From contig OZ024742.1 of NCBI GenBank assembly GCA_964016885.1, positions 236,158,001-236,222,000 of the forward strand: 64,000 bases of DNA. Direction: 5' to 3'. The notes under the pieces are model-generated. The model was not told the origin of the DNA. It made no database searches and was given only the letters and a program-made list of their open reading frames with translations. The translations under genes were made by a program, and so were the position numbers. Positions 37,870 to 51,774 of this stretch are shown piece by piece (the first letter of the stretch is position 1; each line of letters starts with the position of its first letter). This stretch comes from Eledone cirrhosa. Lineage: Eukaryota.

Positions 37870-37878
<9 letters not shown>
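36020..37878. repeat. Large inverted repeat (arms ~36053-36870 and ~37263-37878), probable Penelope-like fold-back insertion
   Basis: Arms are near-identical reverse complements (~620 bp once the SINE is removed), with a degenerate CTGAAAA..GAAA hammerhead-like core at 37439-37480 and (TA)n on both sides. Confidence 0.85.
36137..36325 (-). mobile_element. Nin-SINE inserted into the left arm of the inverted repeat
   Basis: Absent from the right arm; diverged TSD AAGTATAAATTAGTAAT / AAGTGTAGATTAGAAAT. Confidence 0.85.
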
Positions 37879-37906
<28 letters not shown>

Positions 37907-38396
37907 ATAATAACAATCGTTAACTTTGCTAAGGTAAGATTCTTTTGTTATCTTGGCAATTTAACATTCTGCATACGCATTGTTTTGGTTTTCGAAATTT
38001 AAATTTGTATTTCCTGTTCAACAATGCTTCAAGCAAGCTACAAAACTCTGTATATATAACAATGACAAAGAAATAAGAAAGACGATTAACTATTCCATTA
38101 CCATATTTCTAATGAAAAGCACTGCTTATGGCTCTCAAATATTTTTTTAAATAATCCAGAACCTAGACAGATTTATACTATAACTTTCTTATTGGCAAGG
38201 GGCTGTTTGGAACATAGCTAAACAAAGATTCTTCCATAAAAATATAATAGAAGGTGAAAACTATAATAGAAGGTTTTTAGATAAATATAAATGCTCTAAA
38301 ATAAACTGTTTTGTATCATAGAACTGTAGCAGTTTCGGGTAGTTTTATATGAAAAAGGTTAAACTTTCTTTCTATCACCGAAAACAGTAACAAAGA

Positions 38397-38470
<74 letters not shown>

Positions 38471-38714
38471 TTATATATATATGTATATGAATGGACACAC
38501 TGGAAGAGGAAGACCGAGGCTAACATATGTTGATGTCATAAGGACTGACACTGGTCTCTTGGAGACGCAAGACATGGGAGCGATAATGAGGGATAGAGAT
38601 GCTGGAGAGAACTCGTCCATGGATCTCGGGAATTTTACCCGCCTTAGCTAGATAGATATTTTAATAACCTCTGTCATTTTCGTTCAACAAGTTTATTTAC
38701 ATTATTCTTAAACT

Positions 38715-39395
<681 letters not shown>

Positions 39396-41048
39396 TCTAT
39401 ATATATAAAACTGTGGTTGTCTGTCTGTCTATCGATTTTTGGCACACATCTCCTCTTAGAATCTCTCACGGAATTGCACCGAAATTGCTATACTTGTACA
39501 TTGAGCCCTAGCGAAGACATCGGAAAAAAAAAATTTCAAATTGACCCGCCCTATCTGACGAAATCGAATATAATGTATCGATTTTTGAGCGTAAGTGATC
39601 AGTTATTTCCCTTTGTTCTGTTTACATTGAGCGTCTGCGTGCAAAAATTAAAAAAATTACGCTGGCTTTCTCAGCGTTTAAAATGACATTAACACAATAA
39701 TTTTTACTTGAAAACAAGTCTATTTAAAGACTACGTAAAACAAGCAAATATTCCTTAAAAAAAGCAAAAATTATATAAGTTTATTTAAAATATATGTATC
39801 TGTAAATTTCGTTAGGCGTGCAGTCAGTTTTATATATATAGATGATAAACAATAATATCCTCTATGAGGTCACTAAACCTGCTAGAAACAGCAGCTAACT
39901 CTCCCTCATATCACACCACTCCCTACTGTCTTACATTTAGAAAACACATATCCTCTATGAGGTTACTAAACCTGCTAGAAACAGCAGCTAACTCTCCCTC
40001 ATATCACACCACTCCCTACTGTCTTAAATTTAGAAAACACATATCCTCTATGAGGTTACTAAACCTGCTAGAAACAGCAGCTAACTCTCCCTCATATCAC
40101 ACCACTCCCTACTGTCTTAAATTTAGAAAACACATATCCTCTATGAGGTCACTAAACCTGCTAGAAACAGCAGCTAACTCTCCCTCATATCACACCACTC
40201 CCTACTGTCTTAAATTTAGAAAACACATATCCTCTATGAGGTTACTAAACCTGCTAGAAACAGCAGCTAACTCTCCCCCATATCATACCCCTCCCTACTG
40301 TCTTAAATTTAGAAAACATATCTTCTATGAGGTCACTAAACCTGCTAGAAACAGCAGCTAACTCTCCCTCATATCACACCCCTCCCTACTGTCTTAAATT
40401 TAGAAAACATATCCTCTATGAGGTCACTAAACCTGCTAGAAACAGCAGCTAACTCTCCCCCATATCACACCCCTCTCTACTGTCTTAAATTTAGAAAACA
40501 TATCTTCTATGAGGTCACTAAACCTGCTAGAAACAGCAGCTAACTCTCCCTCATATCACACCACTCCCTACTGTCTTAAATTTAGAAAACACATATCCTC
40601 TATGAGGTCACTAAACCTGCTAGAAACAGCAGCTAACTCTACCTCATATCGCACCACTCCCTACTGTCTTAAATTTAGAAAACACATATCCTCTATGAGG
40701 TCACTAAACCTGCTAGAAACAACAGCTAACTCTCCCTCATATCACAACCCTCCCTACTGTCTTAAATTTAGAAAACACACAGACAATCATGCAGAACAAC
40801 TCCATCGCAGCTCTGTTGTTCGGCTGGCATCGTCTACTCGCGTGTTGCGCAAGTACTGTGAAACAATAAATTTCAACACTTTTTTGCACAGAGATAATAT
40901 CCATAGGCGAAACTACAATTGTCACTGCTGGCGCAGCTCATGCTTCCAGGTCTGCAATTCATTCACCCAGTGCCTGGCAGACAAAAAAGTGCTGCAACCT
41001 AACTTTGGTAACTTAATGACCCCGAGCAACGCCGGGCTTTAATGCTAG
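39396..41048 (+). mobile_element. Non-autonomous Helitron carrying a 93-bp minisatellite
   Basis: 5' TCTATATATATAAAACTG; 3' hairpin CCCGAGCAACGCCGGG then CTAG; inserted between A and T with no TSD; flanks rejoin to the H2 monomer sequence. Confidence 0.88.
39855..40778. repeat. 93-bp minisatellite, about 10 near-identical copies (some 91 bp)
   Basis: Unit ATATCCTCTATGAGGTCACTAAACCTGCTAGAAACAGCAGCTAACTCTCCCTCATATCACACCACTCCCTACTGTCTTAAATTTAGAAAACAC. Confidence 0.97.
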
Positions 41049-41124
41049 TTTATAATAGAATAGAAATAAGATTTCGCTTCAAGCATAGCTTTATACAATA
41101 TGTATAGAAATTTCGTATTCTATT

Positions 41125-41625
41125 TCAGTCAAGCCTAAAATGCATAGACGGTTGTCCCCCTTGCTTCTGCTGGACATCAGCAGAGGGCGTTAGCTCCCCG
41201 GTGTTTGCATAGCTACGGCTTCCTAAAAGAGTATTTCTTTAGAATTACGAAATTTCTATACATATTGTATAAAGCTATGCTTGAAGCGAAACCTTATTTC
41301 TTTTCTATTATAAGTTCAGCCAACTTATTCAGCTTCATATGCAAATGAGATTAATCACCTCATTTACACAGACGAGAAAACTAGATATTCTCGACTGTTT
41401 TCAAGTCTAGCAGTCGCAAGCGGTGGCAGGGACTGTCCTGACGAAGGCCAGTCAAGCTTGAAATGCATAGACGGTTGTCTCCCTTACTTTTGCTGGACAC
41501 CACCAGAGGGTGTCAGCCCCGGCGTTTACATAGCTACGGCTTCCTAAAACCGTATTTCTTTAGAAATGCGAAATTTTTATACATATTGTATAAAGCTATG
41601 CTTGAAGCGAAATCTTATTTCTTTT
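41125..41625 (+). mobile_element. H2 tandem repeat, about 1.5 monomers of 323 bp (retrozyme-like / mini-Penelope)
   Basis: CAGTCAAGC recurs at 41126 and 41449; no RT-like coding sequence between the units. Confidence 0.8.
41433..41474 (+). ncRNA. Minimal type I hammerhead ribozyme, complete core (H2)
   Basis: CTGTC-CTGACGA-AGGC-CAGTCAA-GCTT-GAAA-TGCA-TA-GACGG. Confidence 0.85.
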
Positions 41626-41627
41626 AT

Positions 41628-42354
41628 CCCCTTTATTTACGGGTCCCAACGACTTTTTTTAGCCGTTACTCGCACCAACCGGAGGTATATGGTCTTTAAA
41701 GCGATGAAATGCCTATCATGGTTGGAAGCGCCCTTATTATCATATTTACACATATTTTTTCCTCTGCTGCTACACGTCTTTTTCGTTCTATGTATCTTTA
41801 CCCTTTCTAGCAGTCTCTCTCTCTGTTAGCCTCTTCCTCACCCTTCACTCACTCATTCTCTGTCACTACCGCTCCTCCTCCTCTTTCTTCCCGTTTGACC
41901 TGTGAGTAATTCTTTTCTCTCACATTCTCGGCCAAGCTGGTCGGAATTTTTTCTCTCTCTCGTCTACGATTTCACAGAACTTATGTTTACCGAATTCGCA
42001 GACCAGACCCCTTCTTCCTCCCGTTAGACCTGTGCGAAATTCCTTCCTTGCTCACATTTCAACCAGGTTTGATGGTCTTTATTCTCTCGTTCACGATTTC
42101 ACCGAACTTAAATTCATAGAAATCTGGGACTTGTCTCTTTCTTCCTCACTTTCTGTTGCTTCACCAAGTTGTTTGTTTACCCTCGCGTCCCCTTTATTTA
42201 CGTGTCCCAACGACTTTTTTTAGCCGTTGCTCGCACCAACCAGAGGTATATGGTCTTTAAAGCGATGAAATGCCTATGATGGTTGGAAGATCACTGATGA
42301 AGGACAAACTTTTTTTCATATGTAACCCATTTGCAACTCCGCAGCGCCCTTATT

Positions 42355-42360
<6 letters not shown>
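41628..42360 (+). repeat. ~100-bp direct repeats (41628-41727 and 42189-42289) flanking a CT-rich interior; possible pLTR remnant
   Basis: CCCCTTTATTTACG.GTCCCAACGAC...GGTTGGAAG occurs twice; the second is followed by CTGATGA without a complete hammerhead. Confidence 0.6.
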
Positions 42361-42391
<31 letters not shown>

Positions 42392-42550
42392 GGATAACAA
42401 GTTTTCGTTATAGGCAATCCACTTAGAAGTAGTCCAGTTAGAGTACTCTGTGTTGTGGATGGTATTAACGTATGGCATAGTTTGATTCAACAAGACGCTT
42501 CCATAGTGATGCAGCAAGTTTACGGTGATTTTCATATATATTCATATATA

Positions 42551-42580
<30 letters not shown>

Positions 42581-42587
<7 letters not shown>

Positions 42588-45174
42588 ATACTTGGGGAGG
42601 GTCATATTGTTGTAATAATATTGCCACAAATAATAACAAAATACACTCACTGTTTGGTTGGTTTTCGCTTCTGTATCTTTTATATCTCCATAGTTAATTT
42701 ACGCGAGCGAAACAACAACAAGCACACGAGGAGAGAGAGAAGATCCTCAACGCTCACAGGATTATGTGGACCGACATCCTAAAGCCAGGCAGACGCACTG
42801 CCAACAACTTCCAAGCGTCTAACAATGACATTCCACTCTTGTATGGGCTCCGCAAAGAGCATAAGACAACCGACGACCCGACGACAAGACCACCAACAAG
42901 ACTTGTATGCGGAGCCAATATTGCTAGCAACTACAGGATCTCCTACTTTCTCTCGATGGTTATACGCCCCATAATTAAGATGTCCCCAGATATATGTGAC
43001 AGTACAGAGGACCTCCTCGGCAGAATCAATGAGTGCAACAAAAACAAAAACTTAACTAACCTTGCTGTGGAAAAATATGTGGAAATAATCAGTGAGGACG
43101 AAGTGGAGTTCTGCGACGTCGACACAGATGAACTGGGCCTCCTACTTAGACTTATTTATGACACCGAGTACCTAGATGACCATGACCTTAGTTGTTTCTG
43201 CCCCAGTAGACCCATTAGAGGTAGACCCCCCTCATCATAACCGCAATGGCTAAAAAGACTCCAATGAGAAGATGGAGTGGAAAGACCAAAGCCATACCGA
43301 CACCCAAAAACAGTGATCAGGTGAGAAAAATGGTCGCACATGCAATAGGGGCTAGCGTTAAAACTATCCTAAAGGGCGATATATTTAAATTTAACGAAAA
43401 GATCTACACCCAGAATGAGGTAGCAGCCATTGGAGTCAGCATAGCTGGTGATGTTGCCAATCTATTTATGATATGGTGGGAAAGGAGACTCAAAGATTTC
43501 CTTGAAGAGAACTCCACAGACCTCGTCATGTACTCTCGTTACGTAGACGATATTAATATATTAATAAGAACACCTCCACAAGAGAGTACTAATGAACATG
43601 ATTTAGAAGATAGCACAATGGAAAGCATCCAGCAGATAGCTAACTCCATACACCAGAGTATAACTGTAATTGTTGACTACCCTTCCAAACACCTTAACAA
43701 TAGACTACCAGTATTAGACACGGAACTCTGGGTTAACACTATAGACGAGAGGGTCCAAATTCTCCACTCACACTATGCTAAACCCATAGCATCCAAATAC
43801 CTGAGACTAAAAAAACTCAGTAATGTCCAATAGTGCTAAGTTTAATATTCTGATCGCAGACTTGGTACGAGTGATGAAGAATGTGTCCCGCATGTGCGAC
43901 CCAACTGAAATAGAAAGACAAATCCAACACTTCATCAACCGCATGCAGTTCTCTGGCTACAACTAAAGAGACAGAATCGGAGTATACAAAGGAGCCACGG
44001 AGAAATATAAGGCCCTCATATAAATGGACACGAAAGGAATTTGCTCATTATGCAGGAGCAAATCATGGAATAGCTTAGATAAGACTAAACATAAGATAGG
44101 GAAAGCCACTTCATGGTACGACAACCAGAGATACCAGAGTGTCATGTTCGTGGATGCTACCCCTGGGGTGAAAATAGCTAATCAATGTAGAAAGGCCTTA
44201 AGAAAGACCCACTTAAAGCTTAAAGTAGTAGAAAAGCCAGGAACTACCATAAAATCCCTGATCAGCAAAACCCACTGTACTAATAAGAAATGTGTTATAT
44301 GTAAAATGAACCCCCAGATAAACTGTAAAATTAGAAATGTAGTCTATAACATAAGATGTACAGAGGGTATTTGCGGAAACATGACAACGACATACATGGT
44401 GAAACAGCTCGAAGCATAGGAGAAAGAATAGACCAACACTGGGGGGAATTAAAAGGACAAAAAAAAAACAAAACAAAAAAAACGGTTTAGTACTATACGA
44501 ACACGCCAGACATGACGGTAATATCGACAACATAGAAATTAAAATAATATCTAAACATAAAAATGACTCAACAGGTAGGCAAATCAGAGAAGCAAGTGAA
44601 ATAGAGCTTAGAAGACCAAAGTTAAACAGAAAAAATGAATGGAATAACAACAGCCATACCCAAACAAACAATACTAACTTAAGGGAAATATAAATAAATA
44701 AATATATACACAAGTACAATAACAACACACACACTAGTAAACAAAGATTGAATACAAAAAACCAAAACGCATACACTCAAACGCGAACACACACACGCAA
44801 ACGCATGCGCAAAGACGGAGACAAAAATAAACAAATAAATAAATAAAATAAAGATGGCGTAGACATTACAATATAATACAATACAATAGTAGGGAACATA
44901 ATAGTACCACTGATGATGTTGCAGATGTGCAAAGAAAGAACTTTGATAGATTGTATATATTTATATCTGTATTTTTAAACGTTGGTCAATCAATGATAAA
45001 CCTTGATTGCCAAATAAATTAACTATGGAGATATAAAAGATACAGAAGCGAAAACCAACCAAACAGTGAGTGTGTTCTGTTATTATTTCTGGCAATATTA
45101 TTACAATAATATGACCCTCCCCAAGTATAACAATATTTGTTTCGACACACGATTTCATATAAAAAACCTTGCAA

Positions 45175-45180
<6 letters not shown>
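42581..45180 (+). mobile_element. Penelope-like retroelement (RT + Cys-rich linker + GIY-YIG), 5'-truncated with inverted pLTR
   Basis: LYGLRKEHK..PTRLV, FKFNEKIYTQ..AIG...A..VANLFM, YSRYVDDI, LPVLD, HYAKP and CxxC..NCKIRNVVYNIRC..Y.GETARS.GER. 42581-42701 is the inverse of 45016-45135. Confidence 0.9.
44905..44948 (+). ncRNA. Degenerate minimal hammerhead in the 3' pLTR of the Penelope-like element (H3)
   Basis: TACCA-CTGATGA-TG-TTGCA-GATG-TGCAA-A-GAAA-GAAC-TT-TGATA. Confidence 0.6.
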
Positions 45181-45231
<51 letters not shown>

Positions 45232-45255
45232 ATAATATATAGTAATAATAATAAT

Positions 45256-45312
<57 letters not shown>

Positions 45313-46891
45313 TTATTAAAATAACAAATTAAAGTTTAAGCAAAGAATCGCTGCTTTCACCCTTAGCAGGATCTTCTGAAACTAACAAAGTCAATCTGTG
45401 AACGCGGAAGTGGATATTTCAAAAAACGTTGCAACCGGAGGAAGACAGGAAGACGATACTTTGGTTCGTGGAAACGTTCCCTGGCAAAGAACGGGAAAAC
45501 ACGAATATAATACGTCATTAATAGGAGCTGTGAAAAACAATTACGCGCAAAGACAGAACCACGTTTATGGTATAAAAGAAGTCGTAGACTAATGTTCTCT
45601 TAGGTGGTTCATAGAGACGTTCTCTGGCAATGGACGGAAAAAACGAAGATAATACGTCATATGTGGAGCGTCGAGAACAATTGCACGCAACGACAAAACC
45701 ACGTAAATGGTATAGCTGAAGTCGTAGACTAAAATTCTAACTAGGAAACCGAATGATTCTCCGCTTTAGGGTTAAGAATAAAGTAAATAAAATACAATAC
45801 AGAGGTAATTGAAATGAAATAAATACATACACGCGTCCAATACGTACATACACAAGCATACGCGAAAACACTCGCCATAGGTATACAAAACCACGCACAT
45901 ATAAATATGTGTGTGCGTATATACAAATAAATAAATAATTAAATAAACGTATATAAATAAATAAATACGTATATAACAAGCGCACACACATACCTACATG
46001 TAAATACACAAATGTTCGGAGACGTACGTCAACCAAACACGAAGTACACATACACACACCCAACATACGTATGAACCCGCATACTCACACAGACGCAAAA
46101 CTCCCGTATACACATAACCAAAAGCATATGTACCAGAATATATAAAAATATACGCCATAACATATACAATCAAATATACGTACGAGAAAGTATACGTACC
46201 TTCACAAAACATACAGGTAATATACACTTACCTATGCAAATAAATAATGGTATAAACATAACATATACTTAGCTACCACATCAAGACGTAAAATATTCAC
46301 GTATAGATCGTACTATCCGTTAGGGTATAATGTGGGGCTGTAATACAGGAAAATTTTGTGCAATTTATGTTTACAAACCGAAATTGCCTCAGACTTTTTG
46401 TTTAAGATTAGTCTGTGGCGTAGAGTATTTCCAGGGCCTCAGCGGCGCAGAGGTCACGTGGTCTTTTATTTCCCTTATACGATCTAGCCCTAGCTAGGAT
46501 CTCCCAGGAGAGCAGCGATTCTTTGCTTAAACTTTAATCTGTTATTTTAATAAATATTTGCTCTACTTATATATTTGATATATATTTATCCTTATCGAGC
46601 CCTCTTTGGATTTTAGTCTTCAAATTTATTATTATTACTATATAACTATATATATATATATATATATATAAATAAAATAAAAATTTCGCCCTACATGTCT
46701 GAATACAATAAATGTAATCTGATTTTTTCGAATATTAATAATATTCGATTCGTTTGCAATTATGTAAACAAGGTCCTTTTTTAAAAGCCATGTCAGTAGG
46801 ATGAGACCCTCATTCTTGCTCTTGTGTTGCCATGTAAACAGAACTGCAGACACTAATGTTTCATCAGTACAGTTCACCTGCCAACTGTCAG

Positions 46892-46960
<69 letters not shown>

Positions 46961-47073
46961 AAACATGAGTGACTCACAGCAGACAGCTGAAGAGCGGGAT
47001 TTGTCCTTATCTTTATGTTTCTCTTACGTTTTCTAAACTATGTTCACTAGTAACCACACAGCGCCTTAGTCAC

Positions 47074-47114
<41 letters not shown>

Positions 47115-47143
47115 ATCAAAAGATGGTTAAAAGAGTTTCAAGT

Positions 47144-47212
47144 ATTTTATTATGCGCATTTCAAAAACTAATATCATCATGGGATGATATCTCCGTTCTC
47201 ATCAGATAAAAT
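47144..47212 (-). ncRNA. Type I hammerhead ribozyme (H4) in a ~190-bp (TA)n-flanked repeat (47111-47300)
   Basis: Minus strand: ATTTTAT-CTGATGA-GAAC..GATATCATC-CCAT-GATGATATT..GTTTTT-GAAA-TGCGCA-TA-ATAAAAT. Confidence 0.8.
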
Positions 47213-47298
47213 AGGGATACATGATATGAAGCTTAAAAAACACTTGTGAATAGTGAAGTTTTAAATCAACATATTGTGCTACAATAAAACTCACCTCC

Positions 47299-47336
<38 letters not shown>

Positions 47337-47402
47337 CAAGGTTTAGCAAATAAGAAAAAGTTTCAAAATAAATTTTTAAAATTCACTGTACTCACTATGG
47401 TT

Positions 47403-47489
47403 ACCTTTACAGAATCGGTTTCGAGTCTCAAAAATAAATGGACAGTCCTTGCGGCCTTCCATTGAAAAGATAAACTCTCGTCAGAAGGT
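47403..47489 (-). ncRNA. Type I hammerhead ribozyme with extended stem II (H9)
   Basis: Minus strand: ACCTT-CTGACGA-GAGTTT...AATGGA..CCGCAAGG..TCCATT...AGACTC-GAAA-CCGATTCTG-TA-AAGGT. Confidence 0.72.
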
Positions 47490-47807
47490 TCTTTTCACTC
47501 GGAGAATATAAAATTTCCGAGTTCAAATTACGAACTGGCGCTATTCAAAATTGTTCCCGAGATGAGAATGAATGATGTGGAAGCAATTCTGTCCAGTGCC
47601 GTGTGTAAAGATAGAAGAAGAGGCAGGGAGGTCAGTTTACTACCACCATAAATAGCAGCAGTCAGAACGAACAAATTTTATCTCTACATTTTTTTCATTT
47701 ATTTAATTTTAACGCAATATAATTACTCCATTACCCAATGTTTCGCGAAGTTAGACGAATCTAACAGAAACGTCTGATATCGCTCATCATATATATATAT
47801 ATACACA

Positions 47808-47846
<39 letters not shown>

Positions 47847-47850
<4 letters not shown>

Positions 47851-48132
47851 AAAGAATAGCGGTGTAACACACAAGTTATATATTGGTAAACGGAATAGAA
47901 AATGCTGACAAATTGTTCACAGTTGAAAAATAGTTTAATTAGGAATAAAAGAGTATTAGTAATTGTATGGGTTAGTATTCAGTTGTGGTTTTAAGTTTTT
48001 AAAAACTTAAAAACTTAAAACCACAACTGAATACTAACCCATACAATTACTAATACTCTTTTATTCCTAATTAAACTATTTTTCAACTGTGAACAATTTG
48101 TCAGCATTTTCTATTCCGTTTACCAATATATA
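47847..48132. repeat. Perfect palindrome (~124-bp arms, 8-nt spacer), same family as the 36020-37878 ends
   Basis: 47877-48000 is the reverse complement of 48009-48132; the left arm has ~30 nt extra. Confidence 0.92.
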
Positions 48133-48435
48133 TATATATATATAAATATATAAATGGAATAGAATGAAACGAAATTTCATTTCTCACTCTTAGAACGGCA
48201 CTTACTTAAATGTAAGTATGTATGTATGTATACGTACATACATATATGTATACAGACGTACAGTAGTATGTATATATATATACATACATGCACACATATA
48301 TATATGCACGTATCGGTTTACCGAACATTTATTATAATGCTCGGTGTGTTTGTTTGTAAACAAACAAACAGCCCGAATTACGCCGTACAGTGTTTAGACA
48401 ACCACGTCACCTTTTTGTTCAACACTGACACAGGA

Positions 48436-48478
48436 ACGATGTACTAGTTTCAAGCTTATTAGCTATCGTCAGCATCGT
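48436..48478 (-). ncRNA. Minimal type I hammerhead ribozyme (H10)
   Basis: Minus strand: ACGATG-CTGACGA-TAGCT-AATA-AGCTT-GAAA-CTAG-TA-CATCGT. Confidence 0.82.
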
Positions 48479-48604
48479 ATACCTTCCTGCCAGATGGTTG
48501 AACGTCTGAAAGTATATACTTTCCTTATGCATATTAACGGCTGAGCAGCCTAATTTGCATATCGAGTGAGTTCAGTCGGCCGGGCACACCGAAAACGATA
48601 AATG

Positions 48605-48641
<37 letters not shown>

Positions 48642-48673
48642 TGGTTACACAACAGTTAGTTCACCAGCAACGG

Positions 48674-48756
<83 letters not shown>

Positions 48757-48849
48757 CCTTGTTTAATTGTTTTTTTGTGTGGTTGATTATGCTGATTGAG
48801 AGGAAATAATGTATATATTTTATCAAATGATTCTATGGACATACTTTAT

Positions 48850-49668
<819 letters not shown>

Positions 49669-49671
49669 CTA

Positions 49672-49960
49672 AAGTCTAAAGTCTGTCTTGAGCCAGAAGG
49701 CTTATTTGGCCGGTACTTACTCCGGGTTTCATGGCGTGAAGCGACTGAGAGTACAAGACACCCCCCTGGGCAGGACGCCAGTCCATCACAGGATTAAACC
49801 TCCAGCTATTGTTGGTACTCATTTTCAGCTGAGTACACTGGAGCAACGTGAAATAAAGTGTCTTGCTCAAGGAAACAACACATCACCCGGTCCGAGAATT
49901 GAACTCACAACCTTTCGATTGCAAGCCTACTGCTCTAACCACTAAGCCATGCGCCTTCAC
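49672..49960 (-). mobile_element. tRNA-SINE with Meta-like and V-like central domains
   Basis: Minus strand: GTGAAGGCGCATGGCTTAGTGGTTAG (A box), GAGTTCAATTC (B box), CCTTGAGCAAGACACTTTA..CTCAGCTGAAAATGAGTACC and GATGGACTGGCGTCCTGCCCAGGG. Confidence 0.75.
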
Positions 49961-49983
49961 ACACATATATATATATATACACA

Positions 49984-50057
<74 letters not shown>

Positions 50058-50188
50058 ATTTGCTAAGCCGCCTAAACGTATTGTTATTACTCTGGGGTAC
50101 TTTTCCCCATCCGAGTGCTAAAGCTACAAACCGAATTTGCATTCGTTAGCTTGGCCGCGAACTAAAGCTTCGTTAATGCTGTACTAAA

Positions 50189-50239
<51 letters not shown>

Positions 50240-50511
50240 CCAAAGTAAGCATTACAAGCAAGAAAATACATCGTTGAAGAATCATTTTAGTCATTTGAAA
50301 AAAAAAAAAAAAAAGACACGCATGAGCTGTTAAATTCAAGTTACATTTATCATTTATTTCTTGGTGTCAAAAGCTTCATTGCACTGTTTGTGACCTGGTC
50401 ATCACAAAGATGTATTGAGAATAATTCCCATAAAAAACTAAGATGTATAGTAGACACAGTGTGACATAGAAGAGTCATGGAAAAGAGAAAATATCGTCTG
50501 AACGTGAGAGT

Positions 50512-50795
50512 ATTTGATAGGCTATATATATATATATTTATATCTATATGTTTAACTATTGATCAATCATTGATAAATATTGATTGCCAGCTAAATTAAC
50601 TATAGGAATATAAAATATACGGAAGTGAAAACCAACCCAAACCAAACTGAGTTTGTTTTATTTCATCCTTACGGGGTCGATAAAATAAAGTACCAGTAAT
50701 ACACTAGGTAATTGCTGGCCTTGTGCCTAAAGTAGAAACAATTATTATTTCTGGCAATATTATAACAATATGACTCTCCCCAAATATAACAATAT
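50512..50795 (+). mobile_element. pLTR remnant related to 44940-45135, containing a partial Nin-SINE (~50660-50745)
   Basis: TAAATTAACTAT..GAAAACCAACC..TATTATTTCTGGCAATATTAT..CCCCAAATATAACAATAT. Confidence 0.7.
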
Positions 50796-50798
50796 ATA

Positions 50799-50854
<56 letters not shown>

Positions 50855-51248
50855 TGTTGTTGTCTGTGTGTGTGTGTGTGTGTGTGTGAGTCTCCTCATT
50901 TTTGCAAAGTCTATACAAATCCACATTTCTACTCCGATTGACTTCAAACTTCCAGTTGTATATTCCTTGCGGTCCAAAGATACTAACTGCAGCTTTTATT
51001 TTTCAATTTTCTGTTGTTAAAGGGGTGTTAGGCGCCGGTTATCGATCTCCGTGGAACCCTTATAATATCTGTATGCCTGGCTGTCTGCATAACGACATTT
51101 TATTATATTCGTATTATCTTGGCTACATTCACACACACACACACACTTACACACAAACACACACACACACACATATATATATTCATATATACTTATATAT
51201 ATATATATATATACACATATATACATATACACACAGATATATACACAT

Positions 51249-51291
<43 letters not shown>

Positions 51292-51500
51292 AAATTAAGT
51301 TAAATTAAGGGTGTCATGTCAGATAGACATGCGCCATATCACTTTTACAAATTATCCCCTGTGATTGTTTCATATGTTTATTTTAGATATATTTATATAT
51401 ATACACACACAATATATATATATATACATACACACATGTATACATACATACATATATATATATGCATACATACACACACACACATATATATATATGTATC

Positions 51501-51583
<83 letters not shown>

Positions 51584-51723
51584 GTGTTAAACAAGATTCA
51601 ATGAGTACATCAAAGAATTAGTTTTACAGTAGATTGGAAGCACTCTACGAAAAATAATTTTCCGGAGTTATTAATATTAAAATACAAATATTAATAAAAT
51701 AGATGTTCTTTTGATCAATTATA

Positions 51724-51774
51724 TTTTATTATACATATTTCGGATGTACCACAGTACGTCCTGATCAGACAAAA
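51724..51774 (-). ncRNA. Hammerhead relic with G8C core mutation (H5)
   Basis: Minus strand: TTTTGT-CTGATCA-GGACGTAC-TGTG-GTACATCC-GAAA-TATGTA-TA-ATAAAA. Confidence 0.65.

Noticed and set aside
39855-40778. CRISPR-like array or 31-aa repeat protein
   Set aside because: Units are contiguous with no unique spacers, there are no cas genes, the context is eukaryotic, and 91-bp units break the frame.
42285-42345. Additional hammerhead at CTGATGAAGGAC (also CTGAAGAGCGGG at ~46987)
   Set aside because: No matching stem II 3' strand followed by GAAA could be found.
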